The position numbers and the translations under genes were made by a program. The notes under the pieces were generated by a model. It searched no databases, was not told where the DNA came from, and was given only the letters and a program-made list of their open reading frames with translations. Of a DNA stretch of 64,000 bases, positions 37,516-51,916 are shown one piece after another (the first letter of the stretch is position 1; the number at the start of each line of letters is the position of its first letter). The stretch comes from Eledone cirrhosa (lineage: Eukaryota), in the NCBI GenBank assembly GCA_964016885.1, contig OZ024741.1, positions 182,900,001 through 182,964,000 of the forward strand. Reading direction: 5' to 3'.

Positions 37516-38984
37516 CTTTTTATCATCTGAAGCTGACCACAATATTGCTACCCAACTTTATATATATTTATTCCTTCATCTTTGTTGTACCCTCCAAAAA
37601 AGAAATTTTCCCCTGGATTATTTTCCGGTCTGGTTTATCAGTACTGTTCATGATATACCAACATGTACACTGTATCATATCTTACATATAAAAATCTGTT
37701 GCCAACCCATGCTTTAAATAATGTAGTCCTTCATGCCCCTAAAAAGGATGTGATAGTTAGTGTTGGAACTTGTGGACGTAATATTTGATCGACCAAAACT
37801 GACTCAGAGGTGGGGGGGTGCTAATCATGAACAATAACAACAACAATAGATAATATAACTAACTGAACAAAACTTCCTAACATTCCAAAAATACCATTAA
37901 GACATGCTGTGCACTAATCTATATATCCAACTGCTATCAACTAAAATTAGTATGCAGAGCATATGCTCTCAGGTTTTAACTTTAGAAAGAATATACATCT
38001 CATAAATCAAACACACACTGAAAATAAGATAAGAGTGAAGAAATAATATGGAAAACTATCACAGGTATACAATGTTGCCAATATGGTTAAATACTAGATT
38101 AATATATTTAGTTTTATAAATAAACATAGCTATTATTTTCGAATGTCAATTTTCAATACTGCTTAAAAATAACTCAGAGATTTTATTTTATTTTTACTTT
38201 ACTTTATAAAATAATGGAAAAAAAATTACTGATTATATTCAGAAACCTGAAGTTTAAAATAATTGTCAGTGAATATGCTTATGTAGTTAAATTAAATAAA
38301 ACACCTCCAAGAAATATAAAGACCATAACCCTTTTCCTTGGCAATAATTTCTTTTTTAACTTTTTTTTATAAATTAATTTTCTGATTTACTTTTACATCT
38401 GCTTTGTCATCATAGCTTTGGCTGGGTGGTTATGTTCCAGTACAGCATCTTATAACTTCTTCAGCATCTCTTTCATGAAGTTCAACAACCTAACATGAGA
38501 CCTCACCACTTTTATCCACATCTTTGGTTTCATCTGGAGGCTTCTCACACATACCAACTATCATCTTTCATACACATTACATGTTTACACTAGTGCAATT
38601 TCCTATATTATACACTACAGCTGATTCTTTTGATGCCCCATTTCTTTGTGCTGGTACCACAATAAAATACACCCTACCTACTCTATGAAGTGGTAGTTAA
38701 GGTGCCACAATAATAAGCACCCAGTCCACGTGGTCAGGTGGTTGGCCGGTGTCACAATAAAATACACTCAGCCCTTGAGTGGTTGGCAGTTAGAAGGGCA
38801 TCCAGCAGTAGAAACCAAACCAAAAATGGAATGCATGAGCGGAACACAGTCAACTGACCTGTCTAGCCTCAGAACATGACAGCCCATTTAACTCATTTAA
38901 CTTAAAGTATGGAAAAATAGGCATAAAACGGTGACAATGATGACTGACATTACACATCCAGTGAAGCACGCTCTTCTCTGTAAT

Positions 38985-39155
38985 TTGGTGGTTGCTAAGG
39001 AAACTAAGGATAGAAGAATGGTTTGAAAGAGCTGAACAACCCATGTAGCTAGGTGCAATGAGTAAGGTGAGAGTAAAAAATTTAGAATGCAAGTAGAAGT
39101 CCATCAAGACTCAGTGTCCTCAGCCCTTTCCTGCTTATTACAGTCCTTCAGGTGT
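38985..39155 (+). mobile_element. Decayed RTE RT fragment
   Basis: VIWWLLRKLRIEEWFERA...SKVRV, homologous to about 423-610 of the intact LINE. Confidence 0.75.
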
Positions 39156-40106
39156 TAAGTTGAATCTTCCTCAAATCACACCCACACTACTTTAAATAAC
39201 AACACATTAGAGAACATGTTCCTAGATACCCTTAAAAAGGACAGGATGCTTGTGGCTAGAATGTCTTCATCATAGGTTTCTTCAATCAAGGTTGAACAGG
39301 GGCTAAACAACAAAGAGTGGCAGTTTGCAACAGCTGAGGCCAGATCAATGAAGTTCCCAGAGTGGAATTTGTTCAAAGCAAGACCCAAATTGCCCAGTGC
39401 AAAATCTTAGGATTTATATTATTTTGTGAACTTTTTTTTTTACTCTTTAGTAATGATGATAATCAAAATAATTAAATCTTTATCACAAATATCCTGAATT
39501 TCATTAGTGACAGGAACAATTTCAGATTTTTAATAAAATTTGAGACAATTTTTTTGTTCAGAGATAAACAGTGAAAGTTGGTAGGCAAAAACTGTGCAGA
39601 TAACTGTCAAAAGAGCTGGAACAAATTTCCCATAAGCATCTTAATTAATTTTTGTCATTTTGATTTGGAAAAATAAGTGCACAAAAAGTCATCAAATTCT
39701 TGCTCCCATTTCTTCAGAATTTCATCACAACAGACCAAATGTCAGTGTTATTTTTTCTTTAAACTCCAGCCCCAATTAGACAGACTGTGATCAAAAGCAT
39801 TCCAACCATGACCATCCTACGATTTTAATCAGAAATAGTGTGTATCTGTGACTACATTATCAGATGCACCATTCATTTTTGTTTTTAAACATTAGGGTGA
39901 GACTAGAGAGGTTTAGCTGCTATTTCTAGCAGATCAAGCAGCCATGTAAATGGGTCATAGACGAATCTTTTAACCCTATAGATGAACGATAATTATTATT
40001 CCAGCATTGGCTATAACTGTGGAAAATCCTACAATACAACTCTCTGCAATATTCAAGAATGAGAAGCATCAACTACCAATATATGTATGTATATATATAT
40101 ATATAA

Positions 40107-40131
40107 GAGAGAGAGAGAGAGAAGGAGAGAG

Positions 40132-40206
<75 letters not shown>

Positions 40207-40252
40207 AGAGAGAGAGATAGAGAGAGAGAAGGAGAGAGAGAGATAGAGAGAA
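40107..40252. repeat. (GA)n microsatellite
   Basis: Directly visible. Confidence 0.95.
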
Positions 40253-41169
40253 AGTGAGCGGGTAGGCAGAGTTTTGGCAGACTTTTTACTAGCAAATGTT
40301 AAGAAAACATAACAGTGTAATTGAAGGTTTAAGATTCAGATGCTGTTGATGAAAAACAGCAATTGTGAGGCTGCTTTATATATCTACAGTGTAAAAGCTA
40401 ACTATCGAAATAACATGAATCTCTCCAAGAGAAAATATACACGATTCTGCATTCATCATCATCATCAATTTTAAGTAAATTTTTCCACACTGATATGGGT
40501 TGGATGAGACTTTTTGAGGCAGTATAACTCCCTCCAGATGCCCTTCTTGGTGTCAACTCATACTTATTTTTAAATGTCACTTTATTCCGTCAATTATCAC
40601 CATCAAACTGATAAGCTGTGGGATATAAACAAATGGCACACACGCACACAAGATGTTTGTCTCACGATATTGTGGGTTTGATTCCTGGTGGCATGTTGTG
40701 TTCTTGAATAAGACTATTTCATGTTGCTCCAATCCACTCAGCTAGCAAAAACAAGTTGTGCCAGTGATTCAAAAGACACCAGCCTTGTCACACACTGTGT
40801 CATGCTGAATTCCCCTGAGAACTATGGTAAGAGTATACATGTCGGTGGAATGCTCAGCCACTTACATTTAATTTCATAAGCAGACTGTCCGATTGATCAA
40901 ACAACTGGATCACTTATCATAAGAATAGGTGATGGTCCCACAGCACACAAGTTTTCTACACAGTTTCTGCCTACCAACTTTCACTCAGTCCAAGATTATA
41001 ATAGAAGACACTTGCTCATGGTGCCAGACTACAAGGTTGAACCCAAACCATATAGATGCCAAGAGAAAGTCATGCCTGCACCTTATATTTAATTAAGTTA
41101 TTAATCTATGAAAATGCAATTGAATCTATCAAATGACAAGTTGTTCTTTCATGCCATGATAATGCACTG

Positions 41170-41201
<32 letters not shown>

Positions 41202-42130
41202 CCTATTAAGGGTGGCAGAATGGCAGTATTAGTAGAGCATCGGACATGCTTTGTGGCATATAGTTACATCCCTTTGTGTACTGAGTTAAAAGCCCGCCAT
41301 GGTTAGCTTTGCTTTTCATTCTTAGAGGATTGATAAAATAAAGTACCAACTCATGATTTAATCGACTTTCCCCCTTCCCAAAAATTGTTGGCCTTGTACC
41401 TAAACAAGAAACCATTATAAGTTTTATTATTCAAAGATAAAAGATAATTGCTGGCCTTGTGCCAAACGTAGAAACAATTATTCATAGATAAAAGAGGACA
41501 CTGCCCTTGATAGTCTCATTAAAATTGGACCTTACAATACTTTCACTGACTCTAAGTGGCTATTCTATTGGGACACCTCATTTCATGCTTTTGTACACTT
41601 TTATTTTCCATGCCTATCTTCTATGAAAACCACCCACCATATTCTTGTCATTTGTCCTTGTAATCTCCCTTCTAGCAGCCACCCTTGTGGAAAATAATGA
41701 AATTATAATAAACAGTGGGTATACAGAATCATTAGGACATCAAGAAAATAACTTGCAGTATTTATTTTAGCTCTTTGCTTTCTGAGCTCAAATCCTTTGC
41801 TTTTCATCCTTCTTGGGTTTATAAAAATAAGTACTAGTCTAGAGTGGTGGATTAGCAACATTCTTAGAGCATTGTGTTCTGGTTTAAATCCAACTGTAGC
41901 ATACTTGGAAAGCAGACCTAATCCATCACCTGGCCCTTGGGTATATCTCTTGAAGTTCACTTAGTTGCAAGCATTCAGGCTAGCTCTCTAGTCTGAAGAT
42001 ACCTTTCTCCCCCACTTCTCACTAGTCTTGGAGGCCCTAGAAAGGATCACCTTTCCCTCCATAACTAAACAGCAAAAATAAAATAAAAACAATGACAACA
42101 ACAGTTTGTCAAAGTTCCAGAAATTTGCAA

Positions 42131-42939
42131 TCTAAACTATAATAAAGGAAGGTCTGCGGGACTGTGTACAGTTTTTTTTTTTTTTATCCCGTTAGTAAAA
42201 TATGATGGATTACTTTGAATAAATAATGAATATTACAAAATTTATCTACTAAATTTCGTAAAAATAAATAATTTAAAATTGATTTCTTTTCAAAGTTGCA
42301 CTTCTGGTATATTGTTGCCACCACCACCACCACTTCAACTACCATATATATAGAAAGAGAGAGTGTGTGATGGCAACACTCCCAGTGGCGATCACTTAAA
42401 TAAACATACTAATTTTTTGTCACTAATTTTCTCCTAATGCAGTTTATATATAATATCATCTTTTTTTAATGTATCATGGATTACGTTACTGATTACATAA
42501 GACAGAGTAACAACGTCTTCGTTCAATTTCTGTTTATATTGTCAATTACGATTTTATTTGATGTATCATATCTACATGTATATATATACTTGCGTATAAT
42601 ATCAATATACACATATATGGAGGCACATGGCTTAGTGGTTAGAGCATTGGGCTTGCAATCGAAAGGTTGTGAGTTCAATTCTCAGACCGGGTGATGTGTT
42701 GTTTCCTTGAGCAAGACACTTCATTTCACATTGCTCCAGTTTACTCAGCTGTAGAACTGAGATGATAGGGACCGGAGTCCCTATCATTCCACTGCAAAGT
42801 GGTCGTGGAAGTGCCATGGCAAAAAGCACCCAGCACTCACTGTAAATGAGGTTGTTGTTAGAAAGGGCATCCAGCTGTAGAAATCAAGCCAGAATCAGTT
42901 CCCGTCCAACCTTTGCAAGCAGGGAAAAGCGGACGTAAA

Positions 42940-42971
<32 letters not shown>

Positions 42972-43023
42972 ACACACTACACATGCTAGCAGAAAACCAC
43001 TCGAAGGGTGGTTTTTCTGCTAG
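42131..43023 (+). mobile_element. Probable non-autonomous Helitron (second family) interrupted by a SINE
   Basis: The 5' end is A^TCTAAACTATAATAAAG. A subterminal hairpin ACCACTCGAAGGGTGGT (42996-43012) is followed by CTAG^T, with an alternative end at 43029. Confidence 0.55.
42619..42971 (+). mobile_element. tRNA-headed, V-domain-like SINE with RTE-derived 3' tail
   Basis: A-box TGGCTTAGTGG, B-box GAGTTCAATTC and central TCCTTGAGCAAGACACTT. The 3' ~180 nt are nearly identical to the LINE UTR at 1650-1925 and end in (GAT)n. Confidence 0.88.
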
Positions 43024-43088
43024 TGCTAGTAATAATAAATTCTAAATTAGACAAAAGGCCAGCAATTTGATGGGAGAGGAACAGTCAA

Positions 43089-43303
43089 TTAACCCTTTAG
43101 CATTTACATCTATATTTACTATTATATTTTTGCAGTAATGGCTTTATCTCACATAATATTGAATCTCTGAGATTTTGATATTATTTATTTTGAGAACAAT
43201 ACCTTAACATCAGTATGAGTTACAGCCAGTTACAGCCAGTTTGAACAGAAAGAGATGAGAAAATTGTGGCTGGATACAGCTGGCTTAAATGCTAAAGGGT
43301 TAA
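43089..43303. mobile_element. TTAA MITE family 1
   Basis: Perfect TIR TTAACCCTTTAGCATTTA / TAAATGCTAAAGGGTTAA. Confidence 0.85.
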
Positions 43304-43671
43304 ATCTACCCACAGGTAATTCCACATCAATGTGGACAGGGATCGACACCAATGTCATTGTAATTTTATGAAATTTGGGCAATGTTTTCATTTGAGCAAA
43401 GATATTCAATATCGCAAAACTTGAGTGTGTGGTTATGTCTCGTACCCAAGATATCACATTTCAAAATTTCACCAGAAACCATTTACCTATATACTCTTAC
43501 ATAAGTTGAAAAATATATGACAAAAAACATACATATTAAAATGATGGGGTCAACTTATATTCAAGGTCAATAGTTTGCCAATTTTCACTAACTTCAAAAT
43601 TCTTCTGTGTACAAGAGGTTTTGAGACTTTTATCAGAGAAATTTATTTAACTCAGATCAACACAAAACTCT

Positions 43672-44690
43672 AGTTTCCCTCAAAGTAGGATCTCCAACTT
43701 CAATGCAATTGTTCTAACGCTCCAGCCAATTCTGGAGGGTACCCTTGTAGTCCTCCAAAGTGAAGGTGTCCAGGGCGTTTGTCACAGCCTCCTTCATCAC
43801 CTCCACATTCTCAAAGCGGATACCCCTAAGCTTCTCCTTCAACTTCAGGAACATCCAGAAGTCGCATGGGGCTAAGTCTGGACTGTAGGGAGGATGAGGG
43901 ACAATCATGATCCTTATATTGGCCAAGTAGTTGGTCACCAGGATGAATCTGTGGCAGGGGCATTGTCCTGGTGTAGGTGCCACCAATCAGACTAGAAGAA
44001 TTCTGGTCTTTTGCGATGAAATGTCTTTCTGAACTGCCTCAAACCCTCAACATAATACTCTTTGTTGACTGTCTGGCCATGTGGGACCCAGTGGATGTAG
44101 ATGATGCCTTTGCTGTTGTAGAATGGGATCATCATGAGCTTCCCAGTGGACCTGCTTGCCTGTCCTTCTTGGGTCTTGGAGAGTCAGAATGTTTCCATTG
44201 GGCACTTTGTCTCTTGGTCATAACAGTAGACCCAGCACTCATCACAGGTTACCAGAGACTCAAGGACTCTTGGATTTGGAGCGATCCACTCAACCATCTC
44301 CTTACTGTCATCAACACGCCTCTGCCTTTGATCTTCATTGAGCACCCTGGGAACAAACTTTGCACATGTTCAAATTTTCACAAATGACTATGAACAGTGT
44401 CCTCAGCCACTTCAATTTGTTTAGCAATCGTCAGAAGAGATGCATGACAATACTCGTCCAGAAATCTGTGAATTTTGTCAACCAACTTTGGCGTCCTGAT
44501 GTCCCTCTCCCTGTCACACCTGCGTTCTGCCCTCCTGGAACCTCTTGGGCCAGCAGAAAACAGTCGCATGGCTCAATAAAGTTAGTCCATAAGCAGTTTT
44601 GACCATTTCATAGGTTTCTGTAGCATTTTTGCTAAGCTTGACACAAAACTTTATTCCATATCGAGCCTCCAATTTGTCCTCACGTCCCAA
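43672..44690 (-). pseudogene. Near full-length decayed mariner transposase
   Basis: N-terminal EARYGIKFCVKLSKNATETYEM, VPRVL linker, VTGDECWVYCYD, HPPYSPDLAPCDFWMF and C-terminal YFEGN, with stops and frameshifts. Confidence 0.9.
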
Positions 44691-44759
44691 CAACCTGGAA
44701 GAGTTTGTGCTTTAGATAACTGTTTCTCTTAAATCAACATAACATGACGTCTTTGTTTA

Positions 44760-45800
44760 TGAATATTTGATTCGAAAATGAAAGAAATGTTTAGTTCTTA
44801 CACTGAGCAGCACAACCATCCAAAATATAATAAATTTTTGTTGATTCTATTAGAAATATTCTCTTTAATATAAGGAAACAGACTTAGACATATCTTTCCA
44901 AACAAAATACACATCATACCAAGATCATCCTATAATACACATAATGAACTAGATTTATATTAAATAACAATACAGTGCAACGTATATGACTGCTTATTTC
45001 AATGAAATCTATGGATTTCGTTTTGTACAATAAAATTGTAATTTTCTATAAAATCACCCAGGATAATAACTTCATCTTCATTTAAATTCTTTTTGAAGAA
45101 CGATAAGTATCTAGCTTGAGATTTGGCAATGTAAGAATGATGTGTAAGGGTTTTATAATTTTTCACACAGTAGTGCATGCTGGAGTAAATAATGTTTGTG
45201 AAATCAAATCTGCTCTACCAGTACTTATCCATTGCTTAAATATGATGTTGTCTTGTACATCATCTTCCCTATCACTTTCGTTTTCAGGTTTATAGTGATT
45301 TTTCAAATATGTCTCTACAACTGCTATTCCAGGGCAAGATGTACAGCAATGAATCATACAAATACTATTGTTATGGTCACAAACATTCATGTCAATCAAG
45401 TTATGGTTAAGTTTCGTTCAGATTTGAAGCCTGCAACATAAACTTCTCATTTTGGTGATGAGTATATAAACACATAGTGGCTGTGTGTAACAGAAGCTCC
45501 TACAATGATGCACCATTTTGGTCAGTAATGCAATGTTGAAAAGCCTGTACATTGGGGTGTTTGCCTTAAATTACAAATATAGCTCTTCGTCTTTTCTTTT
45601 GTTCCAAGATTTATGTAATCCTTTTTGCCAGGCATTAGCCATCATCATTGTGATAAAACTCTTCTACAGGGGTTCTAGTTTCATTACACAATCACTTTCC
45701 AACACTAAAATCTAGCATAACTAATATTCCTCTTTGTTTCCTTATGTCATGGTCTTCCACATGGCACCCCTGGATACCCCAACTTCCTTAGCTGTATACA
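44760..45800 (-). pseudogene. Decayed DNA-transposon transposase of the DF[AS]ENY/QxxHW/DGCAAQ type (superfamily uncertain)
   Basis: Minus-strand fragments PKWCIIVGAS, CMIHCCTSCPG, IIFKQWISTGRADL, HHSYIAKSQARYL...VIILGDFIENYNFIVQNEIHRFH*NKQSYTLH and DGCAAQCKN. Confidence 0.7.
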
Positions 45801-45890
45801 TTAGTGAACAGGATTTGGAGGTTGATGTCTATATTTGAAACTTTTGACAGTGTGTTGAAGTTATGAGTTTTTCCTTCAATTCACAAACTA

Positions 45891-46415
45891 CTGTATATAC
45901 TCGAATATAAACCAATCCAAATATAAGTTGACAAGCCCCCTATTTTATGGCTGAGAAATAGGCAAAAATCCAAACCCTGTTTATAAGCTGAGACAGGTAA
46001 CACATTATGTTTAAATGGTGAGGTTTTGAAATTCTCATGAGTGGAAAATATATTTATGCAGTTTTAATATTTTGATATCTAAAAAGTTGTGTCATTCAGA
46101 ACATAGTTTTTGTTTCACAACTCCATTACATAATGATTTTTTACCAATTTCCAACCGTTTTGAAGACCATATTCATTCAAAACACATCAAAAACAATAGG
46201 AAATATAAATTTCACGTTGAAAGCGAAACTGGTGTAATATACAACTCTAAACTGGTGTAATTATACACCCCCATAGAATTTTGAAGTTGGTGAAAATATT
46301 TGAGCACTCCATTTACATAGAATATTGACTTCAAATATAAGCCGACCACCCCACATTTTACCATCAATTTTTTTTTTTGTCACTTATTTCTCAGCTTATA
46401 TTTGAGTATATACAG
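45891..46415. mobile_element. TA-flanked non-autonomous Tc2/pogo-like DNA transposon
   Basis: TA-CTGTATATACTCGAATATAA ... TTATATTTGAGTATATACAG-TA. A related copy lies at about 51188-51916 and a fragment at about 43450-43600. Confidence 0.8.
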
Positions 46416-47589
46416 TAAGTAATCAACATCATCAGACTGTTTAGAGAGAGCAAAGCATTCATCCACTGCTCTAGTAATTCTGCCAATCCCCCATCCAAGC
46501 AATGCAAATAATAGTAAGAAGAAAGTCAAAGTAAAATACCTGATAATTTAATTATTGTTAATATTTAACATTCATACAAATTGCAATAAATAATTTCAAG
46601 TGGCTTGTTGAAGTTCAGTAATCACACTTTAAGCCTTTTCACACCAACACAACTAAGACATCTCTACTTCTTGTATACAAAATCTCACCTTATCAAGTGT
46701 TCATAAATCACTTCATGTGGTTGTGAAGTGAACTTCTTAACCACTAGCCATGCACTAATCATTATATAAATTATGAAAAATGTTAAATTACATACCGTGT
46801 TTCCGTGGGTAATATCCATTTTATATCAAATATGCGTGTGTCTGAACAAAGAAAAAAAATTGCTTTAAGTAACAAATTAAAATAATTGCCTATAAAAAAA
46901 CTCTCCCCTGAACCCAAATATATATATATATACATACGTATACATATATATATATACTTAAATTTGTTAAGCACTTAAAATGAAGAAATGTATACAATAT
47001 GAATAAGAAAATATTGGTTTTTACTAATAGAAGAAAAAGATGTCTGCAATTTAAAACATTAATATTCCAACAAACACTGAAAAGGATAAAAAGATGTCTA
47101 ATGAAAAATATTAATTGCAATCAAAACATATTTTTCTTTGGGAATTCATATATCAATATTCAAACATGTAACAAATAAATAAATTAAAGTAAAATTTCTA
47201 TGACAAATTTAATGGCTATTTATAAAAGATGATCTCGGATAGACAAAAAGAATTTTATATATGTATGTGTGTGCGTGTCTAGGGAATGTAACAACTCATC
47301 CTTTTTATTATTATTATGTATGTGTGTGTGCGTGCGCGTGTATATATATATATATATATTAGTACTGAAGCGGTGCTACTGACCTTCCAGACAGGCTGAG
47401 GTGTCTGCAACCTGCTTACATGCAGTCATATTAAGTGCAAGGGAGAAGTTATGTCTTTTGACATAAACTGAAGGGTCGTCCAAACCCCTTGTTTGGCAAG
47501 CTTTCTATGATTGGATGGCCTTATAACTGACAATAATCCTTGAAGGTGTTGTCCTAGCCCAAATGACTGAAATTAACAAAAGTGTATGT

Positions 47590-48170
47590 ATCCAAGGTCT
47601 GTCAAAAAAAAATATCCAACCTTAGGCAAGGGAAATAATGTACTTAGTTGGGTTGAATTACCTCCACAGACTTAATCCAGCGACCCTTTCACTGTTCGAA
47701 GCACATCTAAAATGCTTCTTCCTGAATGGCTCCTGGCTCTGCCATTGCAACCGGCATGATGCCCTCTGAGCTCTCAAAGAATACTTTTCTTTGCCAAGGA
47801 ACTTTGGATTAACTGAGTCAAATGTACTGGGGTATTGTCATGATGCAGCTGCCAGTTTGGCAAGGCTGACAGATCCTGTCTCTTGTGCATATGTATGATA
47901 CACAATGCCTCGGTAGTTGAAGAAAACTGTCAGTATTGCCTTGATTTTGCTCCGCATATGATGTATGGGAGTCTTTGATGACCTCACGTTTCTAGTTATC
48001 GTGGCATTCAGGAACTCGGGATCCTTTTAGCAGTATCAGGCAAAATGAAAATGCAATAATTAAGTAGTACAGCTAGCTGGCTAGCAATGATTAGAGCTTC
48101 CAACAAGCTTGCCAAAACTGACAATTTCGCATGAATGTATGCAGTTCCACTCTGCTTAATTTTTGTTTCT
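47590..48170 (-). mobile_element. Highly decayed mariner fragment
   Basis: The minus strand translates WQLHHDNTPVH (about 47820-47858) and IKAILTVFFNYRGIV. Boundaries are approximate. Confidence 0.65.
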
Positions 48171-48718
48171 TTGACATCATTATTTGTGATATCTTAACCT
48201 CACCCACAACATTCATAAAACATATCTGCAAATTTGTATCTTCAAGAGAGGAAGAAGAAAAATGCTTTTCTTTTTCACCTATGCCTGTAATAATGATTTC
48301 TAATATAGGCTCAAGGCCAGCATTTTTTTTTTTTTGTGGTGGGGGTGGGGGATCAATTCAATCAACTCCAGTGTGTTACTGGTGCTCCATTTTATCGGCC
48401 CCGTAAGGATGAAAGGCAAAGTTAACCCTTTAAAAATAACAGTAGTGAATAGGCAGAGTTAATAGAGCATCAAATTAAATCCGTAGCAGTATTTGTTTCA
48501 ACTCTCTACATTCTGAGTTCAAATCCAGTCAAGACCAATTTTTCTTTCAGTGTGGAAGCAGTGGATTCGTAGAATTGTTGAAGCATTGAATGAGATACTT
48601 TGCAAAGTCTGTTCAAATGCCACACCCTGTGTGATTGTGTAAAGTAATGATGGCCTACAGTGTTTATTCTATTGCCTTCACACTCAAATGACAGTATGAA
48701 GATAGTATTGTGTTGCTA

Positions 48719-48758
<40 letters not shown>

Positions 48759-50289
48759 CTGTAATATTGATTGGATAGTATTGATTGATTGATTGATTGA
48801 AAACAATGATATCTTTTCATTAAATGATAAATATCATCTTTTAGCTGCTTGAATATAAGTATTTTCTCATACTTACACTCTCTTAGAAGTAGTAGCTTTC
48901 TATAACAAGTTATTGCTTGGCTTTCAACTTATGGACAAAACTATTAGTTTGTTGTTTCCAGCACAGTGAATGTCATCTTTCAAAAGACTTTATTACACTC
49001 ACACATACACACACACATTCATATACACATACATAAACACAATATATATATATGTATATAAACACACAGACATATTACATACACATATATAAACAAAAAC
49101 TATTACTAACAGTGAAAAGGATGTTAAATGATGATGATGACATACATACACATACAAGCTAGATTCAATCACATTAAAAGTTGTCTAACAGATTCAACAT
49201 CACTCACCACCCAATAGCTGTCAACACAAAGAGACTGTCTTTTTTTTTTTTATTAAAGTGTTTATCACAGTCGTTAATCATTGCCTTCTTGTCATTAAGT
49301 TATAGTGAGACAAATGATAGATGGCTTGTTTTGTTTTTTTAATGGTCATTTAATTCTACATCTTAGGAAAATCTTTTTACAGCTTCAGTTGAAACTTGAT
49401 TTCAAGCATTTTCTTTAGTAAATATAAACATTTAGCTTAACTGGTAGTCAAGTCATTTTTTTCCTGTCCTTCCTTTATACTATTAAACTCAATTTTCTAT
49501 GGTTTAAAGGTGAATTGGCAGAGGTATTATAGTGTAGGATGAAATGCCACTACTATTTGTTCTAACTCTCTGCATTCTGAATTCAAATCCCACTGAAGTC
49601 AACTTCTTTCATCCTTTTGGAATCAATAAAATAAAGTACCAGTCCAGGGCAGTGGATTGGCAAAATGTGTTCCAGTTCTTTGCATTCCAAGTTCAAATGC
49701 CTCTGTAGGCTACTTGATTGAACACCACTAGACCCTTTAGTGCTTTTAGCAAAATGCACTTTGTTGCAAGCATTCAGGCCACATTTTCCAGTTTGAGAAT
49801 ACCTTCCATCTGCCCTCACTTAAAAAAATGTAAATAACAGCAGCTCAAAATATCACAACAAATGCTTAGCAGTTTTTGTTTCAGCTCTTTGCATTCTGTG
49901 TTCAAATCTCACCAGTCAACCTTGTATTTCATCCTTTCAGGGTGAAATAAAATAAAGTACCAGTCAAGTACTGAGGTCAATATAATCAACTTCCTCCAAA
50001 AAATTGCTGGCCTTGTACATAAACTAGAGGTCATTATTATTGCATTTGTTTTATTCTTATCTTTATATTATTTTTCACACAGCGGTGGTTTTGGTATGAA
50101 TAATAGTACACAACAGTTAATTCTGGATATGTAAAGTAGATAATTACTGCCTTAACCAACTAGAATCAGTCATTAGACAACTTACTGAGTGGTAGAATTC
50201 ATGATTGTTGCTAAGTTAGTTCTATATGGAAGGTGTGTAAGACAAAATTTCAAGTTCAATACTGTGGTAAGTTTATGAAAAGAAATTGT

Positions 50290-50526
50290 TTAACCCTTTT
50301 GACACCAACCTGCCTAAAACCACCTGTTTCTATGAAACATAACTATCCATTTTAAAAGGTTCTTATGTAAATTAAAACTTTACAACATAATTTTATATAA
50401 GACCATTTTTTATGTTACAATTACCACCTTGATGAAACTAATTTTACTAAATCCTTCCTAAATTCATCATTAATTAATTAAAATACAAAAGTATTTCATT
50501 AGAAATACATTGACAAAAGGGTTTTA
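50290..50526. mobile_element. TTAA MITE family 2
   Basis: TTAACCCTTTTGACACCAACCTGCC ... GACAAAAGGGTTT. Related copies lie at about 18635-18834, 34915-35154, 50795-50998, 53397-53537, 61190-61400 and 63060-63263. Confidence 0.7.
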
Positions 50527-51187
50527 AATAATACCAAAAGAAATAAGAGTTTTAACATTGATATTACAAAGGAAACTGAAGCTTGCTTTTTGGAATCCTA
50601 AAAGCTCAGAGAAAGGAGTTTGTTATTGTAGAATTTACACTGGAATCCTTTTTCATTTTTTTAATAACTTGTTAAACTTTGAGTACACTAACTCCTCTTT
50701 AGAACATTAGCAATTGATACATGTTTTATTTGTTTAAAAGGATATAGTTGGATTAGTGTCTTCATCTTGAATTGATGCATCCCAGTTATTACCTTAAACC
50801 TTTTGATACTATAACCCGCCCAAAGCCGCTTCTGTTTCCATGAAACCAAACCCCGATTTCAAAGGGTTCTTATTTAAATGAAAATCTTCCAACATAAGAA
50901 CCTTTTGTTAATGAAATAATTTTAGCAAGCTCCTCTAAAAATATTCAAAGATTGAAATACAGAGTATGTTATGAGTAAAATGATTGTGAAAAGGTTAAAC
51001 AATCTTGGAGACCCTTTATATTTTTTAAGACGTTTCAAATACCAGCTTAATCACAAAAGTTATGTATTTTACTTAAATCTCCCAAATTCTTTATTATTCT
51101 CAAAGCTAATTCAAACACATATGCAATGTATTTTATTCAAAATATGATCAGATTTGTTGAAAATATCACTTTAATAACAAAAAATCA

Positions 51188-51916
51188 TTGCATATACTTA
51201 AATATAAGCCAACCCCCTATTTTATGTCTGAGAAATGGACAAAAATTCAAACCCCATTTATAAACTGCGACCACTAATCATAACCAACACTGTTTAGATG
51301 GCATGGTTTTGCAATTCTCATGAATATAAAATATATTTATGAAGTTTTAAAATTTTGATGTTTAAAATGTTTTAATTAAGTGTTGTTTAGAATATAGTTT
51401 TTGTTTCACAACTCCATAATGAGTTTGATTATGTTTAAGTTTCAACAAGTTTCTTAAATTTTTGTTTACTTCTGGCCACTCACATGCTAGAAGTGCTTTG
51501 AAAAGAAAACAAGAGAACTTTGTGTAGGGATTCAAGGGGAAGTATTTGAGAGAGAGAGAGAGAGAGAGAGAGCAATAAAATAAAATAAGATTTCAGTCTT
51601 ACATGAGGTTGAAAGAAAAAGTAATATTTAGAGGAAAACATGTATGTGTGAGTGTATGTATGGGATATTTGCATATTAAAAAGTTGGAAATATGTTCAAA
51701 GGAATGCATAACACCAATGGCAATGTAAATGTAGAAAAACAGTGTTTCATTGTAAAATAATCACTCCAGTTATTTTAGTACCTTATTTACTTAGAATTTG
51801 AAGTTGGTGAAAATTGCCAAAATTGTGGCCCCACATATAAGCCAAACCCCCATTTTACCATTGATTTTTTTTGGGGTCACATAATCAATCCTCAACTTAT
51901 ATTCGAGTATATACGG
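51188..51916. mobile_element. Tc2/pogo-like non-autonomous element, second copy
   Basis: Homologous to 45891-46415, with right TIR TTATATTCGAGTATATACGG-TA. Confidence 0.7.
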
